Counted from the stretch's first letter, positions 19,246 to 29,716 are shown. The stretch is DNA of 64,000 bases from Synergistales bacterium (GCA_963666205.1 OY762654.1:1184001-1248000), one strand, 5' to 3'. The notes: generated by a model from the letters alone, not told the origin. Translations and numbers: made by a program.

Positions 19246-20483
19246 TGACCGTTGAAAAAAGAGGTATTGTGGTAATAGGAGGAGGACCGGCAGGACTTGC
19301 GGCTGCCATATCCGCCAGAGAGAATGGCTGCGAGGATGTGCTTCTGGTCGAAAGGGACAGGATACTGGGAGGCATTCTTAACCAGTGTATCCATGACGGT
19401 TTCGGTCTTCATACTTTCGGAAGCAGCCTTTCCGGTCCGGAATATGCAGGGCGTTTTATCGACCGTTTCCAGGAACTTGGAATAAAGGTAATGGAAGGTT
19501 CCATAGTCCTTTCCCTTGATGAGAACAGGGTCCTTTCTGTAAGTTCGAGGGAAGGTTATAGAATCATCCAGGCTGATGCGGTAATTCTAGCCATGGGCTG
19601 CAGAGAGAGAACCAGGGGAGCTATTTCCATCCCCGGCAGGAGGCCCTCGGGAATATACACAGCAGGCGCCGCCCAGAACCTCATAAACCTTGAGAACATA
19701 ATGGTCGGGAAAAGAGTCTGCATTCTCGGTTCCGGTGATATAGGCCTTATCATGGCAAGAAGAATGACCCTTGAGGGAGCCAGGGTGGAAGCGGTTTTCG
19801 AACTCCTGCCCTATTCAAGCGGGCTTCCCCGGAATATTCAGCAATGCCTTAACGACTACGATATTCCTCTCTTCCTGAGCACAACTGTCACCAATATCCA
19901 TGGGAAAGACCGTCTTGAAGGAATCAGCGTGGCTCAGGTTGGCCAGGATCGATGCCCCATTCCCGAAACAGAAAGATACGTACCCTGCGATACCCTTCTC
20001 CTTTCGGTAGGCCTGATCCCTGAAAATGACCTTTCCAGGGATACCGGCATTGATCTGGATCCCAAAACGAGCGGAGCCATAGTGGACGATACCTTCATGA
20101 CCAGCATCCCTGGTATTTTCGCCTGTGGCAACGTGCTTCACGTTCATGACCTGGTTGACTGGGTTTCCCTGGAAGCAGCAGACGCCGGAGCCTTTGCAGC
20201 CAGTTATGTCAGAGGAATTAAAAAAGGGAGATCTTACATTCCGGTCTCAGCTGGAGAAGGGATAAGGTACACTCTGCCCCAGGCCATTTCAGGAAGAATG
20301 GATCTGACTTTATCCATGAGAGTATCAGCACCATGGAGGGACAGAACCATTGTAATAAAGGACGGTGAAAGGGAAATAAAGAGAAAAAGAATGGTCCGTC
20401 TCCATCCAGCGGAAATGATAAGGGTAGATCTGAAAGCCAATGAACTTGTTTCCTGTTCAAGGCTGGAGGTGAGCGTGGAATGA
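19245..20483 (+). CDS. NAD(P)/FAD-dependent oxidoreductase (pyridine nucleotide-disulfide family)
   Basis: IGGGPAG, GGILNQCIHDGFG, AMGCRERTRG, LGSGDIG, GIFACGNVLHVHDLVD. Confidence 0.88.
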   Translation: MTVEKRGIVVIGGGPAGLAAAISARENGCEDVLLVERDRILGGILNQCIHDGFGLHTFGSSLSGPEYAGRFIDRFQELGIKVMEGSIVLSLDENRVLSVSSREGYRIIQADAVILAMGCRERTRGAISIPGRRPSGIYTAGAAQNLINLENIMVGKRVCILGSGDIGLIMARRMTLEGARVEAVFELLPYSSGLPRNIQQCLNDYDIPLFLSTTVTNIHGKDRLEGISVAQVGQDRCPIPETERYVPCDTLLLSVGLIPENDLSRDTGIDLDPKTSGAIVDDTFMTSIPGIFACGNVLHVHDLVDWVSLEAADAGAFAASYVRGIKKGRSYIPVSAGEGIRYTLPQAISGRMDLTLSMRVSAPWRDRTIVIKDGEREIKRKRMVRLHPAEMIRVDLKANELVSCSRLEVSVE

Positions 20484-20917
20484 GCATCAGGGAATACACA
20501 TGTGTGGTATGCCCTAATGGATGTACCCTGAAGGTTGAAGTTAAGGATGGTGAAAAACCTGAATTCGTCAAGGTTGAAGGGAACATCTGTAAAAGGGGAG
20601 AAAGCTGGGCAAGACAGGAAGTGGAAAATCCGCTGAGGACCATTGCCAGCAGTGTTCTGGTCAGGGGAGGGGAATTTCCCCTGGCCAGTGTAAGGACGGA
20701 TTCACCTATTCCACTGGAATCCATAGGGGCAGTAATGAATGATATCCGGTCCATTACTCTGGATGCTCCCCTTGAAATCGGAGATGTGGTTATAGAGAAG
20801 CCGGCAGGAACAGATTGCAGGATCATCGTTACAAGAAAGGTCAAGTGCAAAGAAAAGGAAGTGCGTCTCACCGGGAATTCCATAACGGGGGAAAGGGAAT
20901 TGCTGAAACAAAATTAA
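20480..20917 (+). CDS. DUF1667 family small Cys-rich subunit
   Basis: TCVVCPNGC...GNICKRG...NPLRT; usual third gene of this dehydrogenase triad. Confidence 0.85.
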   Translation: MSIREYTCVVCPNGCTLKVEVKDGEKPEFVKVEGNICKRGESWARQEVENPLRTIASSVLVRGGEFPLASVRTDSPIPLESIGAVMNDIRSITLDAPLEIGDVVIEKPAGTDCRIIVTRKVKCKEKEVRLTGNSITGERELLKQN

Positions 20918-20936
20918 TTCTTAAGGGGGAAATAAA

Positions 20937-21953
20937 ATGAAAAAGCTGGTTGGCATTATGTTAGTAGCATTGCTCGCAGTAACTTGTATTTTCTTCAGTT
21001 TTTCCGTTCAGGCAGAGGCAAAGACCTACAGGATCAATATCGCTACGGCTACCACAGGCGGGGCATATTACCCCATAGGAAACGCCATGGCACAGATATG
21101 GACAAAGAAACTCGACGGAGTTAAAGCTGCAGCCCAGTCAACTGCAGGAACTCCACAGAATGTTGAACTTATGATGAATGCAGAAGTTCAGATAGCATTA
21201 GGTCAAAACGGGATCTGCTATTATGCATTTAATGGTACCGGAACCTATGAAGGGAAAAAAGGATTTCCTGCCAGATCACTGAGAGGGATTACAGCCCTTT
21301 ATCCCAATGTAATGCACTGGGTAGTAGCTGCTGATTCGGGAATAAGCAGTATTTCAGAACTGGAAGGAAAGAAAATAGTTCCGGGAGCCGTCGCCAGTGC
21401 TACCGAAATTAACACCAGGGAAATGCTTAGTGCCTACGGGCTTAACTACATGAAAGACGCCGGGGAAGTGAATGTAAAAGCCGACTTTGTAGGATACAAT
21501 GAAGCTGTAGATCTTCTGAAGAACAGGCAGATAGTTGCTTCCCACATTGCTGGCGGAGTACCTACTGCAGCAGTGCTGGATGTATTGTCTACCGGGGCAG
21601 CAAAACTGATCTCCCTTGAAGAGGACAAGATACAGGAGATTACCGAAAAATATCCATGGTATTTCCCCTATACTATCAAGGCCGGGACCTACCCGAAACA
21701 GGAGGAAGACATACATACCATAGCTCTTTCAAACATTCTTTTCACCAGAGAAGATCAGCCTGAGGAATTGATCTACATGATAACCAAAGGGATCTACGAC
21801 TATCATGAAGATCTTGTCAATGCCCATAAAGCTACAAAAAACACCATATTGGAAAACGCCCTCAATGGAATGACCCTGCCTCTCCATCCCGGGTCAGTTA
21901 AATATTACAGAGAACAGGGTATTGAGATACCGGCAAAGCTGATCGCTCAATAG
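20937..21953 (+). CDS. TAXI-family TRAP transporter substrate-binding protein
   Basis: Signal peptide; IATATTGGAYYPIG, LYPN, PLHPG. Confidence 0.92.
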   Translation: MKKLVGIMLVALLAVTCIFFSFSVQAEAKTYRINIATATTGGAYYPIGNAMAQIWTKKLDGVKAAAQSTAGTPQNVELMMNAEVQIALGQNGICYYAFNGTGTYEGKKGFPARSLRGITALYPNVMHWVVAADSGISSISELEGKKIVPGAVASATEINTREMLSAYGLNYMKDAGEVNVKADFVGYNEAVDLLKNRQIVASHIAGGVPTAAVLDVLSTGAAKLISLEEDKIQEITEKYPWYFPYTIKAGTYPKQEEDIHTIALSNILFTREDQPEELIYMITKGIYDYHEDLVNAHKATKNTILENALNGMTLPLHPGSVKYYREQGIEIPAKLIAQ

Positions 21954-22035
21954 TCAGGACAGAGATCACTATGCAGGAGGAACTTTACCCGTTCCTCCTG
22001 CTTCCAAGTACATGAAAGTTAAGGAGGTTTCGGAC

Positions 22036-24012
22036 ATGGCCGAAACTACTAATCTAAATACCGAAACATCTACCGGGAAGGAACTTGACGCAGAAAAGGT
22101 CCTCGAAAAGGTGGACTCTGAGTCCAGATTCAGAAAATTCAGTGGCAAGTGGGCTATAGTTATCAGTTTCGTAGCTATTGCCATGTCCGTTTTTCACCTT
22201 TACACATCAGGTTTCGGCACCTTAATGGCTATGAAGCACCGCAGCGTTCACCTGGCTTTCCTCCTCACTCTCACTTTCCTTCTTTACCCGGCTTCCAAAG
22301 GATCGCCCCGGAAGAGATTGAGTTTTTTTGATTATGTATGGTTGGCATTGGGACTATCTTCCAGTCTTTACATTCTTTTCTTCTTTGATGCTTTCAGTAT
22401 CAGGGGTACTGCCGTAACATCCGATTATGTTATGGGAACTATCCTCATAATATGTGTCCTGGAAGCATCACGGAGAACCATAGGAAAAGAACTTACGATC
22501 CTGGCCATGATCTTCCTCGCTTACGGTTTCTGGGGTGAATACATACCCGGAGTCCTTGGTCATACAGGATTTACCTTCAAAAGGATCGTTTACCATCTGT
22601 ATCTTTCATCTGAAGGTATTTTCGGCATAGCCCTCGGGGTATCATCTACATACATATTCCTCTTTATCCTTTTTGGTGCATTCCTTACAGAAACGGGCAT
22701 GGGACTTTTCATCAAGGACCTTGCCATGTCCCTGGCGGGGCGTACCATTGGAGGAGAAGCAAAGGTTTCCATTATCGCAAGCGGTCTTATGGGAATGATA
22801 AATGGAAGTGCCGTAGGCAACGTTGCAGCAACGGGAACATTTACCATCCCCTTAATGCGGGATGCCGGATTCAAACCCGTATTTTCAGCAGCAGTTGTAG
22901 CAGTAGCTGGAACAGGCGGGATGATTATGCCTCCTGTCATGGGAGCCGCTTCCTTTATAATGGCAGAATTTCTGGGTATCCATTATTCGAAGATCATGTT
23001 AGCAGCAGCCATACCAGCCGTACTTTACTACCTCGCCGAGTATTCTGTCATTCATATAGAAGCTATTAAAATGGGTATGACAAGAATACCCCACGAAAAT
23101 ATTATCCCCTTACGGGTCGTCATGAAGGAAAGGGGACATCTTATGGTCCCTATCCTGGTTATTGTATGGCTTCTTCTCACGGGCAGGACACCTCTGTACG
23201 CAGCTTTTTACGGAATTATATCTTCACTTGTTGTCAGTTCTCTGAAAAAGGAAACAAGGCTTACTCCCAAAGCCTTTCTGAGAGCATTGGAACAGGGAGC
23301 ACGGGGAACCGTGGGAGTGGGTATGGCATGTGCAGTTGTGGGAAATATAATCGGGATCACAAATCTCACGGGATTAGGACTTGTTCTGGGAGACAACATA
23401 GTATCACTGGCTCATGGAAGCGTAATCGTAACGATTTTCCTGACCATGGTGGTCTGTATAATACTGGGAATGGGTCTTCCAACTACCGCCTGCTACATAG
23501 TTACCGCAACTATTGCAGCACCGGCACTGCTACAATTGGGAATAAATCCACTGGCTGCACATATGTTTGCCTATTACTTCGCATGTCTTTCCAATCTTAC
23601 CCCTCCTGTAGCAATAGCATCCTATGGCGCCGCGGGCATATCCGGCCAAAAACCCTCAGAAGTTGGATGGACAGGGTTCAGAATATCTCTCGCAGCTTTC
23701 CTGATACCCTTCACATTTGTCTATAGTCCGGAATTGTTACTTGTTCAGGGATCTTTTATGGATATAGGAATAGCGGTAGGGACAAGTGTTATAGGCGTTA
23801 TAGCCATAGCGGCAGCAGTACAGAATTTCCTTATAGGACCACTGAATATAGCCCAGAGGATCATGCTTTTCGCCGGAGCGGTCCTGCTTATATTCCCCGG
23901 GATAATGACAGATGGCCTTGGCATAGCCCTTACAGCTATTGTTGTAATCTGGCAGAAACTGGCAGGTACCTCCTATACCCCTCCCCTTCGATCCAGGGAA
24001 CAGGAAGCCTGA
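22036..24012 (+). CDS. TRAP transporter fused 4TM/12TM permease
   Basis: GMINGSAVGNVAATGTFTIP, MPPVMGAASF, LGMGLPTTACY, TPPVA; AAGGAGG RBS. Confidence 0.93.
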   Translation: MAETTNLNTETSTGKELDAEKVLEKVDSESRFRKFSGKWAIVISFVAIAMSVFHLYTSGFGTLMAMKHRSVHLAFLLTLTFLLYPASKGSPRKRLSFFDYVWLALGLSSSLYILFFFDAFSIRGTAVTSDYVMGTILIICVLEASRRTIGKELTILAMIFLAYGFWGEYIPGVLGHTGFTFKRIVYHLYLSSEGIFGIALGVSSTYIFLFILFGAFLTETGMGLFIKDLAMSLAGRTIGGEAKVSIIASGLMGMINGSAVGNVAATGTFTIPLMRDAGFKPVFSAAVVAVAGTGGMIMPPVMGAASFIMAEFLGIHYSKIMLAAAIPAVLYYLAEYSVIHIEAIKMGMTRIPHENIIPLRVVMKERGHLMVPILVIVWLLLTGRTPLYAAFYGIISSLVVSSLKKETRLTPKAFLRALEQGARGTVGVGMACAVVGNIIGITNLTGLGLVLGDNIVSLAHGSVIVTIFLTMVVCIILGMGLPTTACYIVTATIAAPALLQLGINPLAAHMFAYYFACLSNLTPPVAIASYGAAGISGQKPSEVGWTGFRISLAAFLIPFTFVYSPELLLVQGSFMDIGIAVGTSVIGVIAIAAAVQNFLIGPLNIAQRIMLFAGAVLLIFPGIMTDGLGIALTAIVVIWQKLAGTSYTPPLRSREQEA

Positions 24013-24084
24013 TAAAGATATTTTCTCTGACCGTCATATAATGATACAAGATCTGGATCTTTTGTTCATTCTGGAGGCTGATCT

Positions 24085-25350
24085 ATGAAAACTGCATTTA
24101 AATACGGAAAACAAGAGCTTACCATCAATATCCCCGATAAAAATCTTCTGGGGATACTGGAACCTTCCGGGCTCGATCCTATCAAAGATCTGGATAAAGA
24201 GGTCAGGACTCTGCTTGAACAACCTACAGCGGGACCTTCTCTGTCTAAGCTCATCCGGATGATCAAGCCCAGGAAAGTGGCGGTCATCGTAAATGATCTG
24301 ACCCGATCTACTCCGACCCCGGAATTACTGCCACCGGTTATCGAAAAGCTCCTGGGTCAGGGGATATCAAGGGAACAGATAGACATCATCATAGCAACAG
24401 GTACACACAGGCCCATGGATAGGGAAGAGATCACAAGCATTACAGGGGAAAACATTTTCAGGGAATTCAATGTCATAAATCATGACTGCGATTCTCCCGA
24501 TCTGGTAACCATGGGAATACTTTCAGGTGAGAATGAACTCAGGATCAACCGGATCGTTGCTGAAGCAGATATCCGGATCGCCATAGGTGAAGTTCTTTTA
24601 CACTACTATGCCGGGTTTGCCGGAGGGAGAAAAAGCATCCTTCCCGGTGTAGCCGGAAGAGAGACCATAATGAAGAATCATCACATGATGACCTTTCCGG
24701 GAGTAGGGATAGGGAAAACATCCGGAAATCCTGTAAGTGAACAGATGGTTGAAGCGGTTGAAAAATATTGTCCCCTTCATTTTATCGTTAACTGCGTGAG
24801 TAACAGCCATAAACAGGTGGTCACACTGGTGGCCGGTGATGCTGTAAAAGCATGGGAAAAGGGAATAGAAGTCTTCAGGAAGATGAATTTTGCTCCTGTT
24901 GAGAAAAAGGCAGACGTGGTGTTTGTATCTGCAGGGGGGTTTCCCAAGGATATAAACATGTACCAGGCTCATAAGGCTCTTGAAATGTGCTCTGCTGCTG
25001 TAAAGGAAGGCGGTAGCATCGTTTTCTTTGCAGAATTGGCAGAAGGGTATGGACATCCTGTTTTTCAGGAATGGGCAGAAAGACAGATGGAACCATACGA
25101 AGCTGTCCAAACCTTTGAGAAAAATTTCAGATTTGGAGCACATAAAATTTACTATCTGGCAAAGCTGGCACAGAAATGTGATATTTACCTCTACTCTTCA
25201 GTGGCCGGAATAGACTCACGAAAAATGTACTGCCATAAGTTAGACTCTCTGGAAGAGATCCTTCCCCTTATCATCAGAAAATACGGAAGCAGCTTTTCCT
25301 CATGGGTAATACCCCAGGGAGGGATCGTGCTTCCCGTTTACAACTCTTAA
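24085..25350 (+). CDS. LarA-family nickel-pincer alpha-hydroxy-acid racemase/epimerase
   Basis: NDLTR, ATGTHR, NHD, HYYAGFAGGRKSILPG, NH, GGFPKDINMYQAHK. Confidence 0.88.
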   Translation: MKTAFKYGKQELTINIPDKNLLGILEPSGLDPIKDLDKEVRTLLEQPTAGPSLSKLIRMIKPRKVAVIVNDLTRSTPTPELLPPVIEKLLGQGISREQIDIIIATGTHRPMDREEITSITGENIFREFNVINHDCDSPDLVTMGILSGENELRINRIVAEADIRIAIGEVLLHYYAGFAGGRKSILPGVAGRETIMKNHHMMTFPGVGIGKTSGNPVSEQMVEAVEKYCPLHFIVNCVSNSHKQVVTLVAGDAVKAWEKGIEVFRKMNFAPVEKKADVVFVSAGGFPKDINMYQAHKALEMCSAAVKEGGSIVFFAELAEGYGHPVFQEWAERQMEPYEAVQTFEKNFRFGAHKIYYLAKLAQKCDIYLYSSVAGIDSRKMYCHKLDSLEEILPLIIRKYGSSFSSWVIPQGGIVLPVYNS

Positions 25351-25504
25351 GAAAACTGGAATTTAAAACCGGTTTCTTAAATCCGGAAATTTTACAGGGG
25401 GCCTCAGGAGGTCCCCTTCTTTAATTTTGCAAAAACAGTAAAACACTCTCAGATCTTAGGGGAAAGATCGCCTGTATTTCTTAGATAATCTTTTCTCCCT
25501 GATC

Positions 25505-26239
25505 TTACCGGCTTTTTTCGATAAGCTCGGCTATTTTTTCAGCCATCATGCGGTAACCGTCTCCGTTGGGATGTATATAATCACTCTTGAGAGAAGCATT
25601 CGATAAAATCTTTCTGAGGACCTTTCCTTCATAAAGAACAGAAAGATCGCGGGCAACCCTTCTGTATAATTTGGGCACCGACAGAGTCAGCCTGGTACTC
25701 GGAACACCAATGACCATTACATCAATGTCCCGTTCCTGCAGGATCGATACCATACTCCTGAGATCTCTCTCTATTTCATCCTCTTCTCTGCCCCTCAGGA
25801 GATCGTTTCCGCCCTCGCAGAGAATGACCAGCCGTGGAGAATATTTCTCCAGAACACCCGGAAGCCTTTCCAGACCCTCGGATATGGTCTCTCCGGGAAC
25901 ACCCGAATTGATCACTTTCATACCGAGCATCGCTTCCAGAAGGACCGGATATGAACTATCTACGGGAGCCCCTGTTCCATAGGTTATGCTGTCACCAAAG
26001 GCCAGGAGAAGACTTTCCGATGACAGAGTAAGTGTCGGGCCAGCTGATCCACATGGAGAAAAAACAAAAAATGACATCCATAAAAACAGAAATCCCAGAA
26101 AGACCTTCATTCCGACAAAAGACATCTTCAATGCCCTAACACCTCCAGAAGCAACTCTTTTCTTTATATCACAAAACAGGGGGACAGGAGAAATTTCTCC
26201 CCCTACCCCCCTGTCAGCAGAATCCTTCAGGCGGTTCAA
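25505..26239 (-). CDS. SGNH/GDSL arylesterase (true start probably downstream of the listed one)
   Basis: FGDSITYG, NSGVPGE, GGND and DYIHPN blocks. Confidence 0.88.
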   Translation of the reverse strand: MNRLKDSADRGVGGEISPVPLFCDIKKRVASGGVRALKMSFVGMKVFLGFLFLWMSFFVFSPCGSAGPTLTLSSESLLLAFGDSITYGTGAPVDSSYPVLLEAMLGMKVINSGVPGETISEGLERLPGVLEKYSPRLVILCEGGNDLLRGREEDEIERDLRSMVSILQERDIDVMVIGVPSTRLTLSVPKLYRRVARDLSVLYEGKVLRKILSNASLKSDYIHPNGDGYRMMAEKIAELIEKSR

Positions 26240-26249
26240 TTATTCATTA

Positions 26250-27671
26250 TCAGCAGTTGTAATAAAGTTCATATTCTTTAGCCGTTACCCTGGCCTTGAC
26301 TTCCACGGCCTCCTGCCTTTTAACCTTTATCCAGTGGGCAAGGAAATTTTCAGAGAAAACGTCATCGGAAGTCAGGAAAGAATGGTCTTTTTCGAGCCCA
26401 TCCAGAGCTTCGTCCAGACTTGCAGGTAAAAGTTTCATGCCATCAGCCTGCTCATAAATATTCTTTTCCAGGGGACCGAATCCCCCCTTCATGGGGTCTA
26501 TCCGGTTTCTGACTCCATCAAGTCCAGCCATAAGGAGAGAGGCAAACATAAGGTAAATGTTTGCTGTTGCATCTCCTGAACGGAATTCGAATCTCCTGGC
26601 TTCAGGATCTTTTGCATAACCGGGTATCCTGATGGCGCCGCTCCTGTTTCCCGTAGCAAAGGCAATTGCGATGGGAGCCTCATAACCTCTGACAAGTCGA
26701 CGATAGGAGTTTGTTGAAGGACAGACCAGTCCCATCAGGGCAGGGGTGTGGGTCAGGATACCCCCAAGAAAGTGGAGGGCAGTATTGGAAAGGGCCGCGT
26801 AATTGGAATCAGGTCCAGCAAAAACTGACTTGCCATCCTTACGCATAAGCATATGGACGTGGAGTCCGTTACCGGCCTCTCCGAAAGTGGTCTTTGGCAT
26901 GAAAGTCGCCGTCAGACCATATTTTGCAGCACTGTTTTTTACTATGTATTTGATCAGCATTGATGCGTCGGCCAGCTTCATGGCCTCGTCAAGCTGAACC
27001 TCGATTTCCTGCTGACCATTTGTACCAACTTCATGATGATGATATTTAACATCGATCCCAAGCTGATCGATAAGTAATGCTGCTTCAGACCGCAGATCCC
27101 TGTATATGTCATGGGGTGCTTCAATATGATATGCCCTGCAGGGAGGAAGCTGATTCCCTCCCTCAAGAGCCTCGTCTTCAACATTCCATCCCGAAGGCCT
27201 GCTGATTATTTTGTATCCGCTTCCGCTGATCTCGTCCCTGAACTGGATCCCATCGAAGATGTTATACTCGAATTCAGGTCCTACGATGAATTCATCAGCA
27301 ATATCCATGTCCTTCATTACCTGAATGGCCTTCTGAAGGATCCTCCTCGGATCCCCGCCATAGGGTTTGAACCCTTCAGAAGTTATCTCCTTTACACTGC
27401 CGAGAAAGCTCAGGGTATTTCTCTCCCAGAAAGGATCAATAAAGGCCGTTCTGAAATCAGGAACAAAAACCATATCACTGGACTCAATGGGAGCATAGCC
27501 GTAATTGGAACCATCGAATCCGAAACCCTTTTCGAACAGTTTTTTCGACAGCCTGCTTGCAGGTATGGAAAGATGCCTCCACCTTCCCTGGATATCTGTG
27601 ACCTTGATATCCAGCATTTCCACTTCCTGCTCTTTTACATACTCAGCTAATTCATCGTAACTACTGAACAA
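26250..27671 (-). CDS. glnA: Glutamine synthetase type I
   Basis: FDGS, GPEFE, HHHEV, ATFMPK, GNGLHVH, NSYRRLV, NRSGAIRIP; TTG start at 27671 after an RBS. Confidence 0.95.
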   Translation of the reverse strand: MFSSYDELAEYVKEQEVEMLDIKVTDIQGRWRHLSIPASRLSKKLFEKGFGFDGSNYGYAPIESSDMVFVPDFRTAFIDPFWERNTLSFLGSVKEITSEGFKPYGGDPRRILQKAIQVMKDMDIADEFIVGPEFEYNIFDGIQFRDEISGSGYKIISRPSGWNVEDEALEGGNQLPPCRAYHIEAPHDIYRDLRSEAALLIDQLGIDVKYHHHEVGTNGQQEIEVQLDEAMKLADASMLIKYIVKNSAAKYGLTATFMPKTTFGEAGNGLHVHMLMRKDGKSVFAGPDSNYAALSNTALHFLGGILTHTPALMGLVCPSTNSYRRLVRGYEAPIAIAFATGNRSGAIRIPGYAKDPEARRFEFRSGDATANIYLMFASLLMAGLDGVRNRIDPMKGGFGPLEKNIYEQADGMKLLPASLDEALDGLEKDHSFLTSDDVFSENFLAHWIKVKRQEAVEVKARVTAKEYELYYNC

Positions 27672-27909
27672 TTTAATACCCCCTGTGTGATCGATCTCTG
27701 AAACAAATAAAAAGATCTTTCCCTGAAACAATATAAACCTTGCAATATATTCCGTACAGTGGGACAATAGTCCTACTCAATAGAATATATTACAATGTTA
27801 TTCCTGGTAGAATATTTTGTCAATTTATTCGAGGTAACTATTTTTTCAGGAATGCTTGAATTAAAATGCTTTTTCTTTTATCTTTTCATGTATATTTTCA
27901 ACCAGGAAG

Positions 27910-28662
27910 GTGGATATCATTTCCGAAGGACTTGTTTCAAAAACTGCAAAGGTAATGGAAACTCTTCTGGAAGAACAGAAGAGCACGAGTTTAAGGAAAA
28001 TTGCGGAAAAGTGCGATATGCCGAAAAGCACTCTTCACAGGATACTTTCGTCCCTTGAAGAAGAGGGCTGGGTCTATAGAAATCCCAGTAAAAGGGAATA
28101 TCGTATCGGCATACGCTTTATGTGTTTTGCCCAGAAATGGAGACTCAATCAGGAACTGACCCTCCTTGCACATCCCCTGATGGAGTCACTCTCGAAAGTT
28201 TCGGGTGAAACTGCAGTTCTGGCAGTTCGGGAAAAAAAGGAGATCCGCTGCCTGGAAGTGGTGGAAACATCAAATCCCATCAAATATCATTTCCGGATCG
28301 GGACAAAACTTCCCATTCATGCAGGCGCAATGGGCAAGATCATCCTGGCATACTCCCCCCTTCAGTTAAAGGAAGAAATCCTCTCCTCTCCCCTTGAAAA
28401 ATTCACCGACAACACCCTTACATCCCCTGACATCCTCAGGAGAGAATTAGAACTGATAAGAGAGAGAGGATACTCAGTTAGCATAGAGGAAGTAGACATC
28501 GGCGGAGCTGCCATCGGTGCTCCTATCCTTGGACCAGAGGGAGAACTCCTCGCCGGACTGATCCTTGACGGACTGACCCATCGCATAGAAACAAGACTGG
28601 AAGATATGGTCCCCATGGTTACAGAGACTGCCGGAAAAATCACAGATCTGGTATCATCTTAA
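27910..28662 (+). CDS. IclR family transcriptional regulator
   Basis: PKSTLHRIL HTH; LPIHAGAMGK; RERGYSVS. Confidence 0.92.
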   Translation: MDIISEGLVSKTAKVMETLLEEQKSTSLRKIAEKCDMPKSTLHRILSSLEEEGWVYRNPSKREYRIGIRFMCFAQKWRLNQELTLLAHPLMESLSKVSGETAVLAVREKKEIRCLEVVETSNPIKYHFRIGTKLPIHAGAMGKIILAYSPLQLKEEILSSPLEKFTDNTLTSPDILRRELELIRERGYSVSIEEVDIGGAAIGAPILGPEGELLAGLILDGLTHRIETRLEDMVPMVTETAGKITDLVSS

Positions 28663-28802
28663 GAAAGTACAGGGATCATTATCCTGTCCGATAAACAATT
28701 CCTTATATCCTGAAACGTTCCTTTCATGAAGAAGAGATTTTGTTTAAAGATCTTAATGAAGGACAGGCTTTTCTCCCTGAACAAACAAGGAGACAGGCCA
28801 TT

Positions 28803-29237
28803 ATGATAAAAAGAGTTATCCTGTGTTTGATTATTCTTCTTATCTATCCTTCTACAAGAAGCATAGCCCTGGAAAGGGCGTATAACCCCTGGCCTCCTGA
28901 TGGTTCTACTGGAGTTTCCATATACACTGATTTCGCCTGGGACCATGATGGGGAAAGCTCAAGTCTCTATTTAGGAACAAGCCCGGGAAACCTTCAAAGA
29001 CTTCTCTACAGGTCTACTGCTAAAAGTTTCGATCTTTACAGCAGCCTGAGCCTGAACAAAAGGTACTACTGGAGAGTTGACGTTCATAACGCAAATACTA
29101 CCGTTACGGGAAAGGTGTGGACCTTCAGGACAAGATCATCCTTCGCTGGAGTGGTGGTAGGGTGCAATGTAGCAAGGCTCACAGGCATTTCTTCGATCAT
29201 ATTCTTTTTGCCTCTCTTATTGCTTAAACAAAAATAA
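28803..29237 (+). CDS. Small secreted protein with a SYNERG-CTERM-like signal (paralog of 13822)
   Basis: RAYNPWPPDGS...FAW...YYWRVD...GKVWTFRT; C-terminus VGCNVARLTGISSIIFFLPLLLLKQK. Confidence 0.7.
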   Translation: MIKRVILCLIILLIYPSTRSIALERAYNPWPPDGSTGVSIYTDFAWDHDGESSSLYLGTSPGNLQRLLYRSTAKSFDLYSSLSLNKRYYWRVDVHNANTTVTGKVWTFRTRSSFAGVVVGCNVARLTGISSIIFFLPLLLLKQK

Positions 29238-29319
29238 TACCGGAATGAATCTTCAGTATATCTCCATGATTACAGAGTTTCATGTAAAATAATTGTCTAA
29301 GATCAATGCAGAATAAGGA

Positions 29320-29715
29320 GTGAAAAAGATGGGCCTTAACAAAGCATGGGAAGACGTAAAAATCTTTCACAAAACATTCAAAGCACCCGTTGGGGAAGAC
29401 CCTCACATGCTGGAAAGAGAAAGATCTCTTGCACGGGCAGACTGGATGCGGGAAGAAGTAGATGAATTTCTTGAGGCTGAAGATGTTTACGGACAGGCTG
29501 ATGCCATGATAGACCTGATATACTTTGCCCTGGGAACCCTTGTGGAAATGGGAGTACCTCCCCAGGAACTCTTTGAAGCTGTACAGGCCGCAAACATGAA
29601 CAAGCTGTGGCCCGACGGGAAACCTCATTTCCGTGAAGATGGCAAGGTTATCAAACCAGAGGGCTGGCAGCCTCCAGAACCGAAACTGAAGGAACTTATA
29701 GACTCAATGGGATAG
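29320..29715 (+). CDS. MazG-like NTP pyrophosphohydrolase
   Basis: REEVDEF, DAMIDLIYFALG, ANMNK, DGKVIKPEGW. Confidence 0.8.
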   Translation: MKKMGLNKAWEDVKIFHKTFKAPVGEDPHMLERERSLARADWMREEVDEFLEAEDVYGQADAMIDLIYFALGTLVEMGVPPQELFEAVQAANMNKLWPDGKPHFREDGKVIKPEGWQPPEPKLKELIDSMG

Positions 29716-29716
29716 A

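Noticed and set aside
17758-20917. Calling the dehydrogenase triad glpABC
   Set aside because: No glycerol kinase or glycerol facilitator nearby, and the context points to organic acids; left without gene symbols.
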